DNA from: Chiloscyllium plagiosum
Lineage: Eukaryota
NCBI RefSeq assembly: GCF_004010195.1
Contig: NC_057720.1
Coordinates: 28,664,982 to 28,728,981 of the forward strand
Reading direction: 5' to 3'
DNA: 64,000 nt
The notes under the pieces were generated by a model. The model was not told the origin of the DNA. It did not search any database and saw only the letters and a list, made by a program, of their open reading frames with translations. A program made the translations under genes and the position numbers. This document shows, piece after piece, positions 38,500 to 51,719 of the stretch; positions within the stretch are counted from its first letter, which is position 1, and the number at the start of each line of letters is the position of its first letter.

Positions 38500-38920
38500 C
38501 AGTGACTAGCGCTCACTGGTGTGGAAACAGCAGATCTCTCTCTCTAACACACACAAACAGGCAGCCAAAAGCTGTGCCCTGCCCAGGTCTTGCCCCTCTC
38601 TCGCTCTGCGCTGTAACGCGGTGTAGCTGCTCTGTTCACTCCTGTTCTGAGTCTCTCGGACCGCGCTCTCTTTTTTAAATCCGTAGCTGCCTCCTGCCAG
38701 TGACACGAGTGGAGAGCTCAGACGTCACCATCTCGGATGTCACAACAGCAACTAGACAGCGGCACCACGGCGTGGAATCTGCCGGGAGCTCTCTCTCTCT
38801 CTCTCTCCTCCCCCGCCACCTGCACAAACTGCATCTCTGTATCCCCAACCAGGAGGAAGGTCCGGATAATGCTGACTGTGGGACCCCCAACGCCCAGAAG
38901 CGGCACGGACGCGTTGAAAG
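38500..38920 (-). promoter_or_regulatory. Putative promoter/5' region of the EP4-like gene
   Basis: Locally CpG-rich unique sequence directly upstream of the start codon. Contains a TATA-like ATTTAAAAAA (minus strand, 38671-38680), a CRE-like TGACGTCT (38720-38727) and a (GA)n tract near 38788-38806. The TSS cannot be determined. Confidence 0.5.
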
Positions 38921-41900
38921 GAAAACTGGACAAGTTCAGGGTTGTAAAAATGCAATCAAAATGCTTTACGGATAACGAGTGATGAAGAGGGATGGGGAAA
39001 AGGCAACCAGCATGGTTTGAGACAAAAAAAATCCAAAGTAGACCGAAGAATGAAGGTCAATGTTAAATAGAAAGAAATATGAGTTTCAGAGCAATATCTG
39101 GTGGCCTTAGCAATCAGATCGAGAAATTGATCAACACTGGGTATTTAAAATCCTTTACTTTAAGTGCGGATTAAAGCGCACCAACTGACATAATAAAACA
39201 ATCCAATTAATAAATATGAAGTCACAGAATTAACCTTAGTTGCAAACAGGCCATTCTGCCAAACCAGACTGGTGAGACAAATAGGAGGCTGGAAGAATAC
39301 AACAACGCAGACAGCATCAGGAGGTGAAGTCAATGTTTCGGATCCCGAAGAAGGGTTATATCCGAAACTTTGACTTCTCGAACCCCTGATGCTGTCTGCT
39401 ATTCGAAGATTGTCTTTCACGGTTCTAAACCCCAAACAATGCTTGCTGCATCTATCTGTTAGAGTTTTATGTATTTCAATGAGATGATCTCTCATGCTTC
39501 TCAACCCGAGAGAATACAAGCCCAGTCACTTCAGCAGCTCCTCAGAGATCATTCCCACAATTCCAGAGCTCTATCGAAGGAATCTTTATTGCACTCCCTC
39601 TTGAGCGAGTATTTTTTTCACTATTTATGTGTGGAATGTGTCCACACTGGCTGGCTAGCATTTATTGGCTACCCCTAATTGCCCAGAGAGCAGCTAAGAG
39701 TCAACCATATTACTATGGGTCAGGAGGCACATGTGGACCAGACTCAATGACAATGGCAGATTTGCTTCTCTGAAGGACAATGGTGAACTAGATGGGTCTT
39801 TATGACAATCAAAGTTAGTTACATGGTCAGCATTGGTGCTAGGTTTCTAATTGCAGATTTTTTAAAATCAAATTCAAATTTCACCATCTGCCATGGTAGA
39901 AACATTTCCCTGAGGCTCTGGGTTACCAGGCCAGGACCAATATCACTAGTCCACTGCCACTCCCTTAAAGGAATAAGCTTTTTTTCCATGGATAGTCTCG
40001 AACCATCAACTTTTCAGTCAACAGACCAGTTGCACCCCGAAGACTGACACATTCTTCTTTAAGTGGGGAGGTCAAAACTTGATACAATATTCCAAGTGTG
40101 GTTTGACCAAGGCTCTACATTATTGCAGCAATGAATTGAATTTGATTTATTGTCCAGTTCATTTTACAGTGAATAATGCAGTAAAATCCAACACCATTTT
40201 AAATAGTTTAAGAATAAAAAGTGTAAAAAGATATAACAGAAGGAGAGTATATCTTCATTCCACCGCTTCCACCATGAGTCTTGAGTTGTCTCACCAATGG
40301 TACCTGTACCTTCATCCCTCTTCTACCATCCCACTGACATCTGCTCTGGACCTGCAATTGTTGGAGTTGCCACTCTTTAGGCACCATCTTTTCATTGCTG
40401 GGCCCACCTCTCTGATGCTGAGTCCCGTGCTGAACCCACACTCAACCCACAACCAAGAGTCCCTACCTCAGCTGCTGCTGCTGCCCCACTGCTAACCAGG
40501 AGTCCCTGCTCTGGGCCATCTATCCTCTCCTGCCTTGATGATGCCAGGAGTCCCTGATCCAGGCAGCCTCACCAATGCCAGGAGTCCCCACAGAGGGCTA
40601 CTGCAACCAGGAGTCTCTGGCTCTGCTGCCAGGCCAAGCCAAGCCACTGTGATGCCAAGAGTTCCCCTCTGGCCACCCTCCTCAAAGATGTCGCTGGTGC
40701 CGCCATCTTGGAGAGTCTTTTGCCACCATTGCTGCCTCTGATCGCCATTTCTGATCGCTATAGAAATTTTACCACCACGGTTGCTGCCTCCAATTGCCAG
40801 GAGGGCATCCTTGCTGTCAAAGCCACCACCTCCGACCACCTGGAGGATGCCACCGCTCTGTGCACAGCATGGTCTTGCTGCTATGCTAATGCAGCTGACT
40901 AACCTGACAAAGAAAAGAAAAGCATAAGAAAAAGAGAAGTAAAAAGAAAAAGAGAAGTAAAAAGAAAAAAAAAGAAAGCAGATGGGAACGGATGAGCTTG
41001 CTCAGCCTGTTATCTTTGTCACCATCTTGGACGGCCTAAAATGAGGGTGATAAACTGACGTGGATTGGTCCATGGACAGAAAACAAAAAGGAATTCCCAG
41101 GTTGGCAGGCTGTGACAAGTGGATCAGAGCTTGGACCCAGCAATTTCTACTCTAAGTGAGATTATGTGGGCCAGAGAGGGTGGGGTTGGGGAGTGGTGTT
41201 GTACTTAGGCAGTGGCAATATCTCACCTTAACTACTAATCTAGAACCCTAGGTTAATATTCTAGGACATGGGGTCAAAACACACAATGACAGAAGTGAAA
41301 TTTGAATGCAATAATAAATAGATCTTGAATTAAAAAAAAAGGAATGATGACAGTTGAAAAAAAAAAATCAGGATCATTTATGTCTTTTAGGGAAGGAAAT
41401 CTGACATCCATATCTGACCTGCATGTGATTCCAGACCCACAGCAATGTGGTTGAATTTTAGTTGCCCTTTGGGCCACTTGAGATGAACAAAAAATGCTGG
41501 CTCAGCCAGCTTTGCCCATATTTTATCGGTGAATTAAAAAAAAAGACTTAGATGTGGACAGCATATCTCCAAGTTTTCTGATGACACAAAATCAGGTAGA
41601 AAAGTAAATTGTGAGGAAGGTGCAAAAAGGCTGCAATGGGATTGGGACAGATTAAGGCACTGGGCACAAGCACAGCTGATAAAATAACAATGTGAGAAAA
41701 ATATTGTAAGGAAAAACAGAAGTGCTGAGCATTTCTTAAATTGGCAAATCTTGACCTCTGAAGGGACCAGGATGTCCCCTTGCATGAATAACTGAAAGCC
41801 AGAATGCAGATGCAGTAAGTAATTAGGAAGGTAAATGGTATGCTGGCATTTAATGCAAGAGGATTTCAATACAAGAGTAAAGAATTGTCTGCCTTCACCT

Positions 41901-44159
41901 TTTCAGCTACTGAGAAAAGCTCTAGATGAGTCAGAGGTTGGATGGTTGTAAGCATTCTGTTCCCTGAGTGCATTATTCAATTTGTGTCTAAAGGGCCAGA
42001 ATTGGAAGAGATGAGTTGGACCTTTCAGCCACCGTTACTGTGATAGACTCAGGTTTGGAAGATATCAGATATACAACAAATCCAGTTCAGCTTCATTTCA
42101 ACAATTGAGAGTACATAAATATGCATTTCTTGCTCTATTGTTTACATAAATTACTATTTTCCTATCTACAAATTCTATTTTAACATTTCTTCCCTTTATC
42201 TTAATTTCAGAATATATTTTCCACCAATATTTGACATTAATGAGCTGTGTCATTTCTGTAATACATGAAAGAGTATATGATGACTTGTGCAAATTGAATC
42301 AAAATGCTACATGCACATTACTTTGAGCTCATTTATGTATAATATACTTAATAGAAGTATTTTTCCGGCATTTATAAAAGATTGCCTCACTGAAAACAAC
42401 TTTCTTGCTAATTAAAGATGCCAATTGCTACTTGAATGCTTTCTGGAGAGGCTCAGGACGACCTAAGAACTCTTACTCAAGAGATGCGCCATACTGGAAA
42501 CAATTTTCAGGAAGACAATACCAAATATTTTCGGTCAAAGTAACAGAGAGACTAATGGTACTCAACATTATTTCTGTGCAAGTGCTACAGCAATTTCTGT
42601 CAGGGGCAATATCCTTAAAAAGAACTAAAACTTGTTGTCCAATGTACTGTTCAACTGTTAGCTTCTCAAAAGCATCTTTCTTCTGGATCACCATTGAACT
42701 GCATGAAAGCTGGATTTGCGCAGCAGATGTTCATGAAACATTCTGCAGAAAGTCCGGTCTTATTCATTCAAGCCAAAGTACTCTGTCTCTCAATGACATG
42801 ACAAACTTTGAGATATCAATTACTCCAATTACACCTCTGCCACAGAAAAATAACAAATATTAACATAAAGTTTTCTTTCTCCAGCTTTGAATTGTTGGAA
42901 ATAATAAAAATGTAATTTATATTTGATTTTCCATTCTGTATTTTCTCTCTCTCTTAGTCTGATCGTTCTTTCCTTCCCTCCACTTTTCTTTCTGTACCTC
43001 ATTCTACATTGATTTCATTAACTGGACTCCATTTTACAGATCCTTCCCAGCCCTTGCATTATTAGTTTGAAAATCATTCAATCTGATAAGTTAAGGAGAT
43101 GCAGTTCCTGGCCACGATGCTATTTCCTTCACTGCAACATTAGATAAGTCTTACCTTCAGGTAACTTGCTGCAAAATAAAACTCAAACATTAAAGGGTAA
43201 AACTTGCTGAGAAGTCTCCTGTGAGGCATATTTCAAATATGTCTTGGAAATCCAAGATGTCAACTATCTTCTGTTACTTAATTGTTAAGCTCAATCAAAT
43301 TATTTAAATAAAAGAACTGAATGCTGGATCTGAAAAAAAAAATCAGAAATTTCTGGAGAAGCTCAGCAGGTCTGTCAGCATCGATGCAGAGAAAACAGAG
43401 TTAAAGGTTTGGGTCTGGTTCTGAAGAAGGGTCACTGGGCATGAAACATTAACGGTTTTCTCTTCACAGATGCTGCCAAATTAATTGAACATGTTTTGCT
43501 CTTCACAAATCCGTGCTGGATTTCTTAATGCGCTTTTATCCAGTTCACTATTAATTTTGTTTCAGATGATTGTTTCAAAATGATTTCCCACCACTGAGAT
43601 TAAATTAATTGGCCTGTTGTTGCTTGGCTTACCTACATTTTTGAGCAAGGGTGTAATACTTGCAATTCACCAGTCCTCTGGCACTACTCTTGTATCAGAA
43701 GAGATTGGAAGATTATGGTTAGTGTCTTTGCAATTCCCACTTGCCTTCAGTGCCTTTGGATAAATTTGAATACCTACCAACCTCAAGTATAGCCAGACTT
43801 CCTAATATAAAGACAAAGTACTGTTCAGTTTAGGGGGCTTGCCAACATTATTAACTAATATAGTCAATCAACAATCTATAATTAATTTTCTATTTATTGA
43901 GTTTGTTAAGAATCAACAGTTTAAATATATATTAGTTAATAAGGTAAAGAATGTATAAAGCTGTGACAATTGGGGATGGTACCGGATGTCAAACAGACTG
44001 TTGGTATGGAACGTAGTGGCCTTGTTAAAGTTGTGAAAGATGCATCCTGCTCTCAAGCCATTGCCTATTGAACTAGCATCAACAATTTACCTGCTGCCAA
44101 ATACACCCAATTATCAAAGTTTCATTTTCAAAAATCTGAAATATTTGTTCCAGACTGTT

Positions 44160-44615
44160 ATCCAGGATGGAGCATTTCAGAGAGGTTGGATAAGCTCAGG
44201 TTTTTCTTCTTGGGACAGAGAGGGTTGAGGGGCACCCTGATGAAGGTGTATTAAATTATGAGGGGTGTGGATAGATGCAATTAAAAAACAAAGCTTCTTC
44301 CCTCAGTTGAAGGATCAAGAGCAAGAGGCCACTCTTTTAAAGTGAAAGGCAGAAGGTTGAGAGGGGACATAAGGAAAAACAATATTTCACCTAAGGTGTG
44401 GGGGTGGCCTAGAATGCACTGTCTGGGAGTGAAGTTAAGATGAGTGGCCTCACAATTTTTAAAAAGCACCTAAAGTCTCATAACATTCAAGGTTATGGGC
44501 TTATTCTGGGGAAGTAGGTCTACTGTGGGTAATAGTGTATTTTTGAAGATATAGACTCATGGGCCAAAGGGCCTTTGCTGTACTGTGCAATTCTATGAGT
44601 CTATGAGTCTATGAT
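44160..44615 (+). mobile_element. Old CR1-type 3' fragment
   Basis: Sequence agggttgaggggcaccctgatgaaggtgtattaaattatgagggg and a tctatgagtctatga tail. Confidence 0.75.
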
Positions 44616-46063
44616 TGCCTGCTGAGAACTGCTGCTTGGTGAAAACTGCCCTCTGCCCTGAGCACGTCTTGTTATATCATATTTCTCGGGGCAAGATAAT
44701 TTTTGTCTGAACCATGTTGGCCAATGCGCATGGGACAACTACTTGTGACATCAGATGACCATTGTCCCCTTGCCTACCTTCATCTGAGTGTTAGTTTACC
44801 ATTCTTTCTAAGAACAAAAACTTCTGATTTTTAAAAGCAAAGCACCAAGAATTGGGTGTATTTGGCAGCAGGTAAATTACATGTAAAGTGGTGGTTGGAA
44901 AGTGGGAGGCCTTCGTAAATTAGATAACAGGAGTCCAGAGGCAGTATGTTTCTGTTGGTGTGAAGGCCAAAGCTGGTGGATGTGAAGAATGCTGGATGAC
45001 TAGAGAAATTGAGGCTTTGGTCAAGAGAAAGGAAGCATATGGCTGATATAGACAGCTGGGATCAAGTGAATCCCTCAAGGCACATAAGGGCAGTAGGAGT
45101 ACACTTAAGAGACAAATCAAGAGGGCAAAATGAGAACATCAGAAAGCTTTGGAAAATAGGGTTAAGGAGATATTTGTATCATCAATAGTCATGGGTGAGG
45201 TGCTGGATGACTGGAGGGTGACTAGCGTGATGCCATTATTTAAGGAAGGTGGTTAGGAAAAGCCAGGGAACTATAGACCAGTGAGTCTGATGTCACTGAT
45301 GGGTAAGTTGTTGGAGGGATTTCTGAGGGACAGGACTTGCGTGTATTTGGAAAGGCAAGGACTGATTAGTGATAGCCAACTTGGCTTTGTGCGTGGAAAA
45401 TCGTGTCTCACTAACTTGATTGTTTTTTTTAAGAAGTGACAATGAAGATTGATGAAAGCAAATCTGTGGACATTGCCTACAAGGACTTCAGCAAGGTGTT
45501 TGACAAGGTTATACTGGTTATCAAGATTAGATCACATGGAATCCAGGGAGAGCTAGCTATTGGCTTGAAATTAGGAGACAAAGGATGGTGGTGGAGGATC
45601 ATTATTCAGACTGGAAACCTGTGACCAGTGATATGCTGCAAGGATCAGTGCTGGGTCCACTGCTTTATGTAATTTATATAAATGATTTGGATGTGAATAC
45701 AGGAAGTAAGTTTGCAGATGACATCAAAATTGGTGGTGAATTCGACAGTGAAGAATGTTATCTCAGAATCTTGATTCGATAGGCCAAAGAGCTGAGGAGT
45801 GGCAGATTAAGTTTAATTTAGATAAATATGTGTTGCATTTTGATAAGGCAAATCAGGGCAGGATTTATGCACTTAATGGTAAGGTCCTGGGGAATGTTTC
45901 CAAAGAAAGAGAACTTAGGACAAAAGTTCATAGATCCTTGAAAGTGGAGTCGCAGGCAAACAGGGTAGTGAAGAAAGTATTTGGTTCACTTGTCTTTATT
46001 GGTCAGTGCATTGAGTATAGGAGGCGGGATGTTATGTTGTGACTTTACAGGACGTTGGTTAGG

Positions 46064-46722
46064 GATTAATGGATTATTGTATCCGTTGTTCCCGATGCGG
46101 TCTCCTCTACATTGAGGAGACTGGATGCCTCCTAGCAGAGCACTTTAGGGAACATCTCTGGGACACCCACACCAATCAACCATACCGCCCTGTGGCCTAA
46201 CATTTCAACTCCCCCTCCCACTCAGCCGAGGGCATGGAAGTCCTGTGCCTCCTTTACCGCCGCTCCCTCACCACCCGACGCCTGGAGGAAGAACGCCTTA
46301 TCTTCCGCCTTGGAACACTTTAACCCCCAGGGCATCAATGTGGACTTCACCAGTTTCCTCATTTCCCCTTCCCCCACCCCACCAAACTTCCAGTTCCAAA
46401 CTTCCAGCTCAGCACTGTCCCCATGACTTGTCCTACTGCCTATCTTCCTTTCCACATATCCACTCCACCCTCCTCTCTGACCTATCACCTTCATCCCCAC
46501 CCCTATTCACCCATTGTACTCTATGCTACTTTCTCTCCTCCCCCACCTTCCTCTCATTTATCTCTCCACCCTGCAGGCACTCTGCCTGTATTCCTGATGA
46601 AGGGCTTTTACCCGAAACGTCGATTTTCCTGATCCTCGGATGCTGCTTGAACTGCTGTGCTTTTCCAGCACCACTCTAATCCAGAATCTGGTTTCCAGCA
46701 TCCGCAGTCATTGTTTTTACCT
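46064..46722 (+). mobile_element. Penelope-like element 3' fragment (GIY-YIG end + 3' UTR) nested in CR1
   Basis: Peptide CIRCSRCGLLYIEETG...EHFREH. A 15-bp TSD aggac(g/a)ttggttagg lies at 46049-46063 and 46723-46737. Confidence 0.9.
46590..46625 (+). ncRNA. Minimal type I hammerhead ribozyme motif (PLE-associated)
   Basis: CUGAUGA-A-GGG(cuuuua)CCC-GAAAC-GUC: intact core boxes, stem II, palindromic ACGU in place of stem III and a GUC triplet. Stem I is short and imperfect. Confidence 0.65.
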
Positions 46723-49505
46723 AGGACATTGGTTAGGCCACTTTTGGAATACTGTATTCAATTCTGGTCTCTTTGCTATAGGAAAGATGTTGTGTCTTGA
46801 AAGGAGGCAGAAAAGATTTACAAGGATGTTGCCACGGTTGGAGGGTTTGAGCTATAGGGAGAGGCTGAATAGGCTGGGGATAATTTACCTGGAGCATCAG
46901 AGGCTGAGGGGTGACCTTATAGAGGTTTATAAAATAATGAGGGGCATGGATAGGGTAAATAGTCAAGGGCTTTTTCCCCAGGGATGGATGAGTCCAAGAC
47001 TAGAGGACATGGGTTTAAGGTGACAGGGAAAGGTATAAAAGGGACGTAAGGAGTAACATTTTCAGGCAGAGGGTGGTGTGTGTATGGAATGAGCTGCCAG
47101 AGGAGGAGGTAGAGGTTGGTACAATTACAACATTTAAAAGGCGTCTGGATGAGTATATGAATAGGAAGGGTTTAGAGGCATATGGGTCAAATGCTGGAAA
47201 ATGAGACTAGATTAATTTAGGATTTCTGGTTGGCATGGACAAGTTGGAATGAAGGGTCTGTTTCCATGCTGTTCATCTCTACAGCTCTATCATTCTAAAT
47301 TGTTGATGCTGGTTCAATGGGCAATATGACCTCTGTGTTTCCTGTAATCCCTCCCTGTTTTTTATTTACTAGAATTTTGGCAAGTTAGGTATTGCTGTCA
47401 TAGCTGATAGATGACACTCCACGTTACGCAGGAAATACTTGGAAAATTCAGTTTTTAAGTAATCCCAAAATCCAACAGTGCTGTGGATACTAAAGATCTG
47501 AAGTAAAACCAGAAATGCTGGAGTAACTGAGCAGATTGGGAAGCATCTGCAGAGAGAGATCCTCAGGCTGAATCGTATGTTTTTTTATCTGGGTATGTTT
47601 TGTCAACTTTCATAGAGGGTTTCTCTCTTCAAGGCCTAGAAAAATCTGTCACTGTATCTTTCCACAATCCCCTCATTATCTATTTACTTAGTCCTTGAGG
47701 TATCCCTCATACTGATTTCTATCCCCATTCTACCACTCACAGCACTGGAACATCTTGCCACTGCTAAGTGTTCCCAGAATAAACCATCATCCCTGGCATC
47801 ATTGCCACCTTTAAAAGACTATTGTGTACCCGGATAAGTTAAATTGGAGTTGTCCTGCATTATTCCTGATATTTGCTGGGACATGGCAGAGAAGGACAAA
47901 TTGCAGCCTTGCTTTGTGGACAGGGACCTAGGGATTTTTGCATTCCCATTTGACATCTAACTACTTTCTAAGTAAAGAATTTTCTCTTGAATTCTCTATC
48001 AATTTTATGACGTCAGGAGCTGAGGACACCTCTGGAGATTTGATTTGTTTTAGTGAGTGCATATTTATGTTAATTTGCTTTATTTTAGTATTTATAATAT
48101 AAATTAAATAGTAAAGTATTCCCAGGCTAAAGATTGTATTGGTTAGTAGTAAAATTTACCTTTTTATTATGTATAGAAGCTTATAAACAAGGATTAAAAA
48201 ATTGACTGTACTTTGTTTTGGAAGCAATATTTCAAAGCATTCAGAAATCCCAATCTCATAGGCCTTGATCAGAAATCAGACATTGGTCCTCAGAGAGAGG
48301 TACATTGGATGGGCATTATGCACAGGAGATTGCTGGTGAGTGTGGTCTGGGTCGATGAAAGCATAGGTGTCTGGCTGTAAGGTTGGCCTCTGCCATTCCT
48401 GATGCCAGATCTCTTGATTGACGACTGAATGCCTGGAAATGAGAAACTTCCTGGTAAGCTGCTGACATATTGGACAGGAAAGGATTGGAGACATGTGTGC
48501 TACTTGTATAATTCTTGAGCCACCATTAAATCCCAGCAGGCTCTTGGATGTTTGCTTTTAAGTGGCTCATTGATGAGCTTAATTGTTTTCCGATGCCTAG
48601 GTTTTCCTACATTGGCCCCTTCCTGTTGTCACCAAGTGGAAGAAAATTTTCCTGGTCTTGGGGATTGGATGTGTGGTCTCCCATGTGATTCTTAAGACCC
48701 ATACACCATACTGCTCCCACTGGTCATCTTCACTAAATTCCTCCCTTGATCCCTTTCAATATACCTCTGACGTTTTGGTTTTGAATCCAAATTTGAATGC
48801 CCCCTGTTGCCATCTTAAAACATGCAGGGTGATTGATAATACGTTGTTGGAGTGCTAATAAATGATATCACAGATATCTGCCAAATAACAGTCTACTAAT
48901 CTCATCTGGGTCTACCTGAATCAGATTGAGACTGAAAGGTGACAAATTCTTGGACTTGAATTCCAGTGTATTATGGAGGGTGTGCTGTGCAGTTGGAGAT
49001 ACTTGATGATATATTAGCCACTTAGGTGAACATGAAAGATCTCATTGCATTATTTCTCAAAAGCACAGAGGAGGTCTTATGTAATAATATTACTTAAACA
49101 AATGATCAGCTAATTCCCAAATAGTTATTTCTCAGATCATGCAGTGCACCAATTAACTGAATCTCCTGTACTTCATATTTCATTGTCGCTTTTTCATTGT
49201 GTAGTTTGTCTCTTACAGACCAGAAGTGCTTCATTGGCTGTGAAACCTTCTGAGGTTATGGAAGGCAATGTGAGGTTTATCATTTCTTTCTTTTGTTTTT
49301 CCATGGATAGACAATGTTAACCCTCCCCACTCTGGCTGCTGTTGTACGCCATTTGGTAAAATGTTTACCACATGCCTTGGACAAACCCTGGTAATAAATT
49401 GATTGATGAATAATGGAAAGGATAAGGAAAGCAGAAGAGGGGAGAAGTGTCTTAAAATTATACACTTTAATGGCTCAAAACCTCAGTGGACAGTCTTTGT
49501 ATGAT

Positions 49506-49863
49506 GGGCGGCACGGTGGCACAGTGGTTAGCACTGCTGCCTCACAGCGCCAGAGACCCGGGTTCAATTCCCGCCTCAGGCGACTGACTGTGTGGAGTTT
49601 GCACGTTCTCCCCGTGTCTGCGTGGGTTTCCTCCGGGTGCTCCGGTTTCCTCCCACCATCCAAAGATGTGCAGGGTCAGGTTAATTGGCCATACTAAATT
49701 GCTTGTAGTGTTAGGTAAGGGGTAAATGTAGGGGTGGGTTTCGCTTCGGCGGGTCGGTGTGGACTTGTTGGGCCGAAGGGCCTGTTTCGCTTCGGCGGGT
49801 CGGTGTGGACTTGTTGGGCCGAAGGGCCTGTTTCCACACTGTAATCTAATCTAATCTAATCTA
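49506..49863 (+). mobile_element. Young HE1/V-SINE-type SINE with an internal 46-bp tandem duplication
   Basis: Intact head and core. 49738-49783 is repeated at 49784-49829, followed by a (taatc)n tail. Confidence 0.92.
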
Positions 49864-51719
49864 TATGGTAACATTTAAATTTGTCGTCAGCTTGATTGAC
49901 CCTGAGTCAATCTAATTTTAGTGCCATAATTGAAATGGAAATAATGTTTGGGATTTTATCTTTTCTGTTTGTCTAACATATCACTCTGAGTTCCATCTGA
50001 GACCCTCCTTTTAAGTGGAAAAGATCTAATTTCTCCTCTGATTTATCAAACATAATTTTGTAACGCATGATACACACAGCATGATCTTACAATCAATCAG
50101 ATAGATCTACCCTTCACTGCTTCCTGGCTTTTATGGGTCCCTTCTGTTTTAATTAAAACATGAGAAGGTGAGCTTTGATGACATTAAAAAACAGGTTTAA
50201 TATGATTACCTTAACCTTGTGTTGTAAGGGTATATTTAGCATTATTGCTGAATGTTCCTATATGCTTTATTAATTGCTGTGCAGCCACTGAACATGGGAA
50301 CTATAGTGTTTACTGGCATCCCAAGGTCTTTTAAATTCTCCCTGCTGCCTTAGCATCATACATAGAGTACAAATGTTGTCTACCCAGCATTAAATAATCA
50401 TTATTGATCTGTATCAATTTCAATCTGACTCTGCTCCATCCACTAACAAATTTTATGTAATTCGCTTTAACAACTGTTCGATATTCTATTAGATTTCAAT
50501 CCCTCTCCTCTTTGCTATACCCCTCCCCCAGGTTTAGTTTTAGTACCATGTATGATTTGATCAATTTACGTTGAGTTGTTAAATCAATGCAGTTCATTCA
50601 AATTAGAAGTGGAAATAGGTTCCAACATGAGACCATTGTCATTCATGATTTGCTCAATTTAATAAATAATGTAGTTATTTGTTGCTATAAATTATTACTT
50701 CATTACTTCCTCATTTATATTCAGGCCCAGAGCACATTTTCTATTTTTTTTTCAGGGTGAAATGAAAGGTCTCATATGTTTAGTAGAGTTCATACAGTTT
50801 CATTGAAGATGCTGTGGTTGCTCCATTACCTTTTATGCTTAATCTCTATGAAACAGATGTTATAAGCCTCAAGGAAAAAGGAAAATGATTTGTATGGCAT
50901 TTTAAGGCTAGTCAGAAAAACATAGAAAGAAATACAAAATGAAGGTAAGAATTCAATGCAAAATAATTTGCTAAAATAAGTCTAACCATGATGAAGCATC
51001 TGAACCTGAATCTGTGGAAGAAACCCCCATAATGTAATCCTCAGACCAAAGTGACACATCAACCACAGTGATGAAAATCAGAAAACCAAACGATGACATC
51101 CTGACTTCATGTTTAGATTTAGTAAATCCTGACTAACAGTTGTCACCTAGGCATCACAGCAAAGAACCTTTTAGATGTCAGCCACACTGAAGAGTGTCAT
51201 CTCATTCATGTAAAGTAGGACATCACAGGATTCTGGTTTGCAATATCATGGAAGAGGATGGTTAGTTGCAGACTGGCATGGTCAGCTGACTGACTGCAAA
51301 GTCAATACTTTCACTGCTTGAGTCCTCCCATTTCTGACTGAAAGTCAGTCAGAGAGTGCTAGCATATGGAATTCTCTTGCACAGAAAGCGATTGAGGCCA
51401 AAACAAAGAATGTTTTGAAGAAGGAGTTAGATGTTGTTCTTAGGGCTGAAGGGATCAAATGGTGTAGGCGAATGTGGGAGCAGGGTGCTGAGTTGGATGA
51501 TCACATTGAATTGCAGAGCAGGCTCGAAGGGCTGAATGGCCAACTCCTGCTCCTATTTTCTACGTTTGTATGAATACCTTCATGAAGTTGCCATCCTCCC
51601 TGCATTTATTGCTGGGATGTTCTAATGAGAAAAGAATAAGAGGTTTGTGATTTGTGTTTTAAGGATTCAAAAAGGAGCAGACAAGGTCAGGCATAGTAAG
51701 TTATTTCACTTTGTCCAGA

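Larger units (their letters stand above)
44879..47295 (+). mobile_element. CR1-clade LINE (RT to 3' end), 5'-truncated
   Basis: Peptides KDFSKVFDKV, QGSVLGPLLYVIYINDLD, SKFADDIKIGG and RLRGDLIEVYKIMRG. The direct repeat taaatt is present at both ends. Confidence 0.92.
44060..47325. mobile_element. MITE-like element with terminal inverted repeats, expanded by nested retroelements
   Basis: The left arm 44060-44112 pairs with a right arm split into 44850-44878 (29/29) and 47302-47325 (22/24). Weaker similarity continues inward. Confidence 0.65.

Noticed and set aside
38388..38516. N-terminal extension of ORF 37539..38516 (MSASHWLF...PPPPPP)
   Set aside because: It starts at a GTG and runs through a poly-C tract. 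The Kozak ATG at 38387 gives a normal EP4-length protein.
42405..42863. 152-aa plus-strand ORF in unique sequence
   Set aside because: It has a non-ATG start, no recognisable motif and no supporting exon structure.
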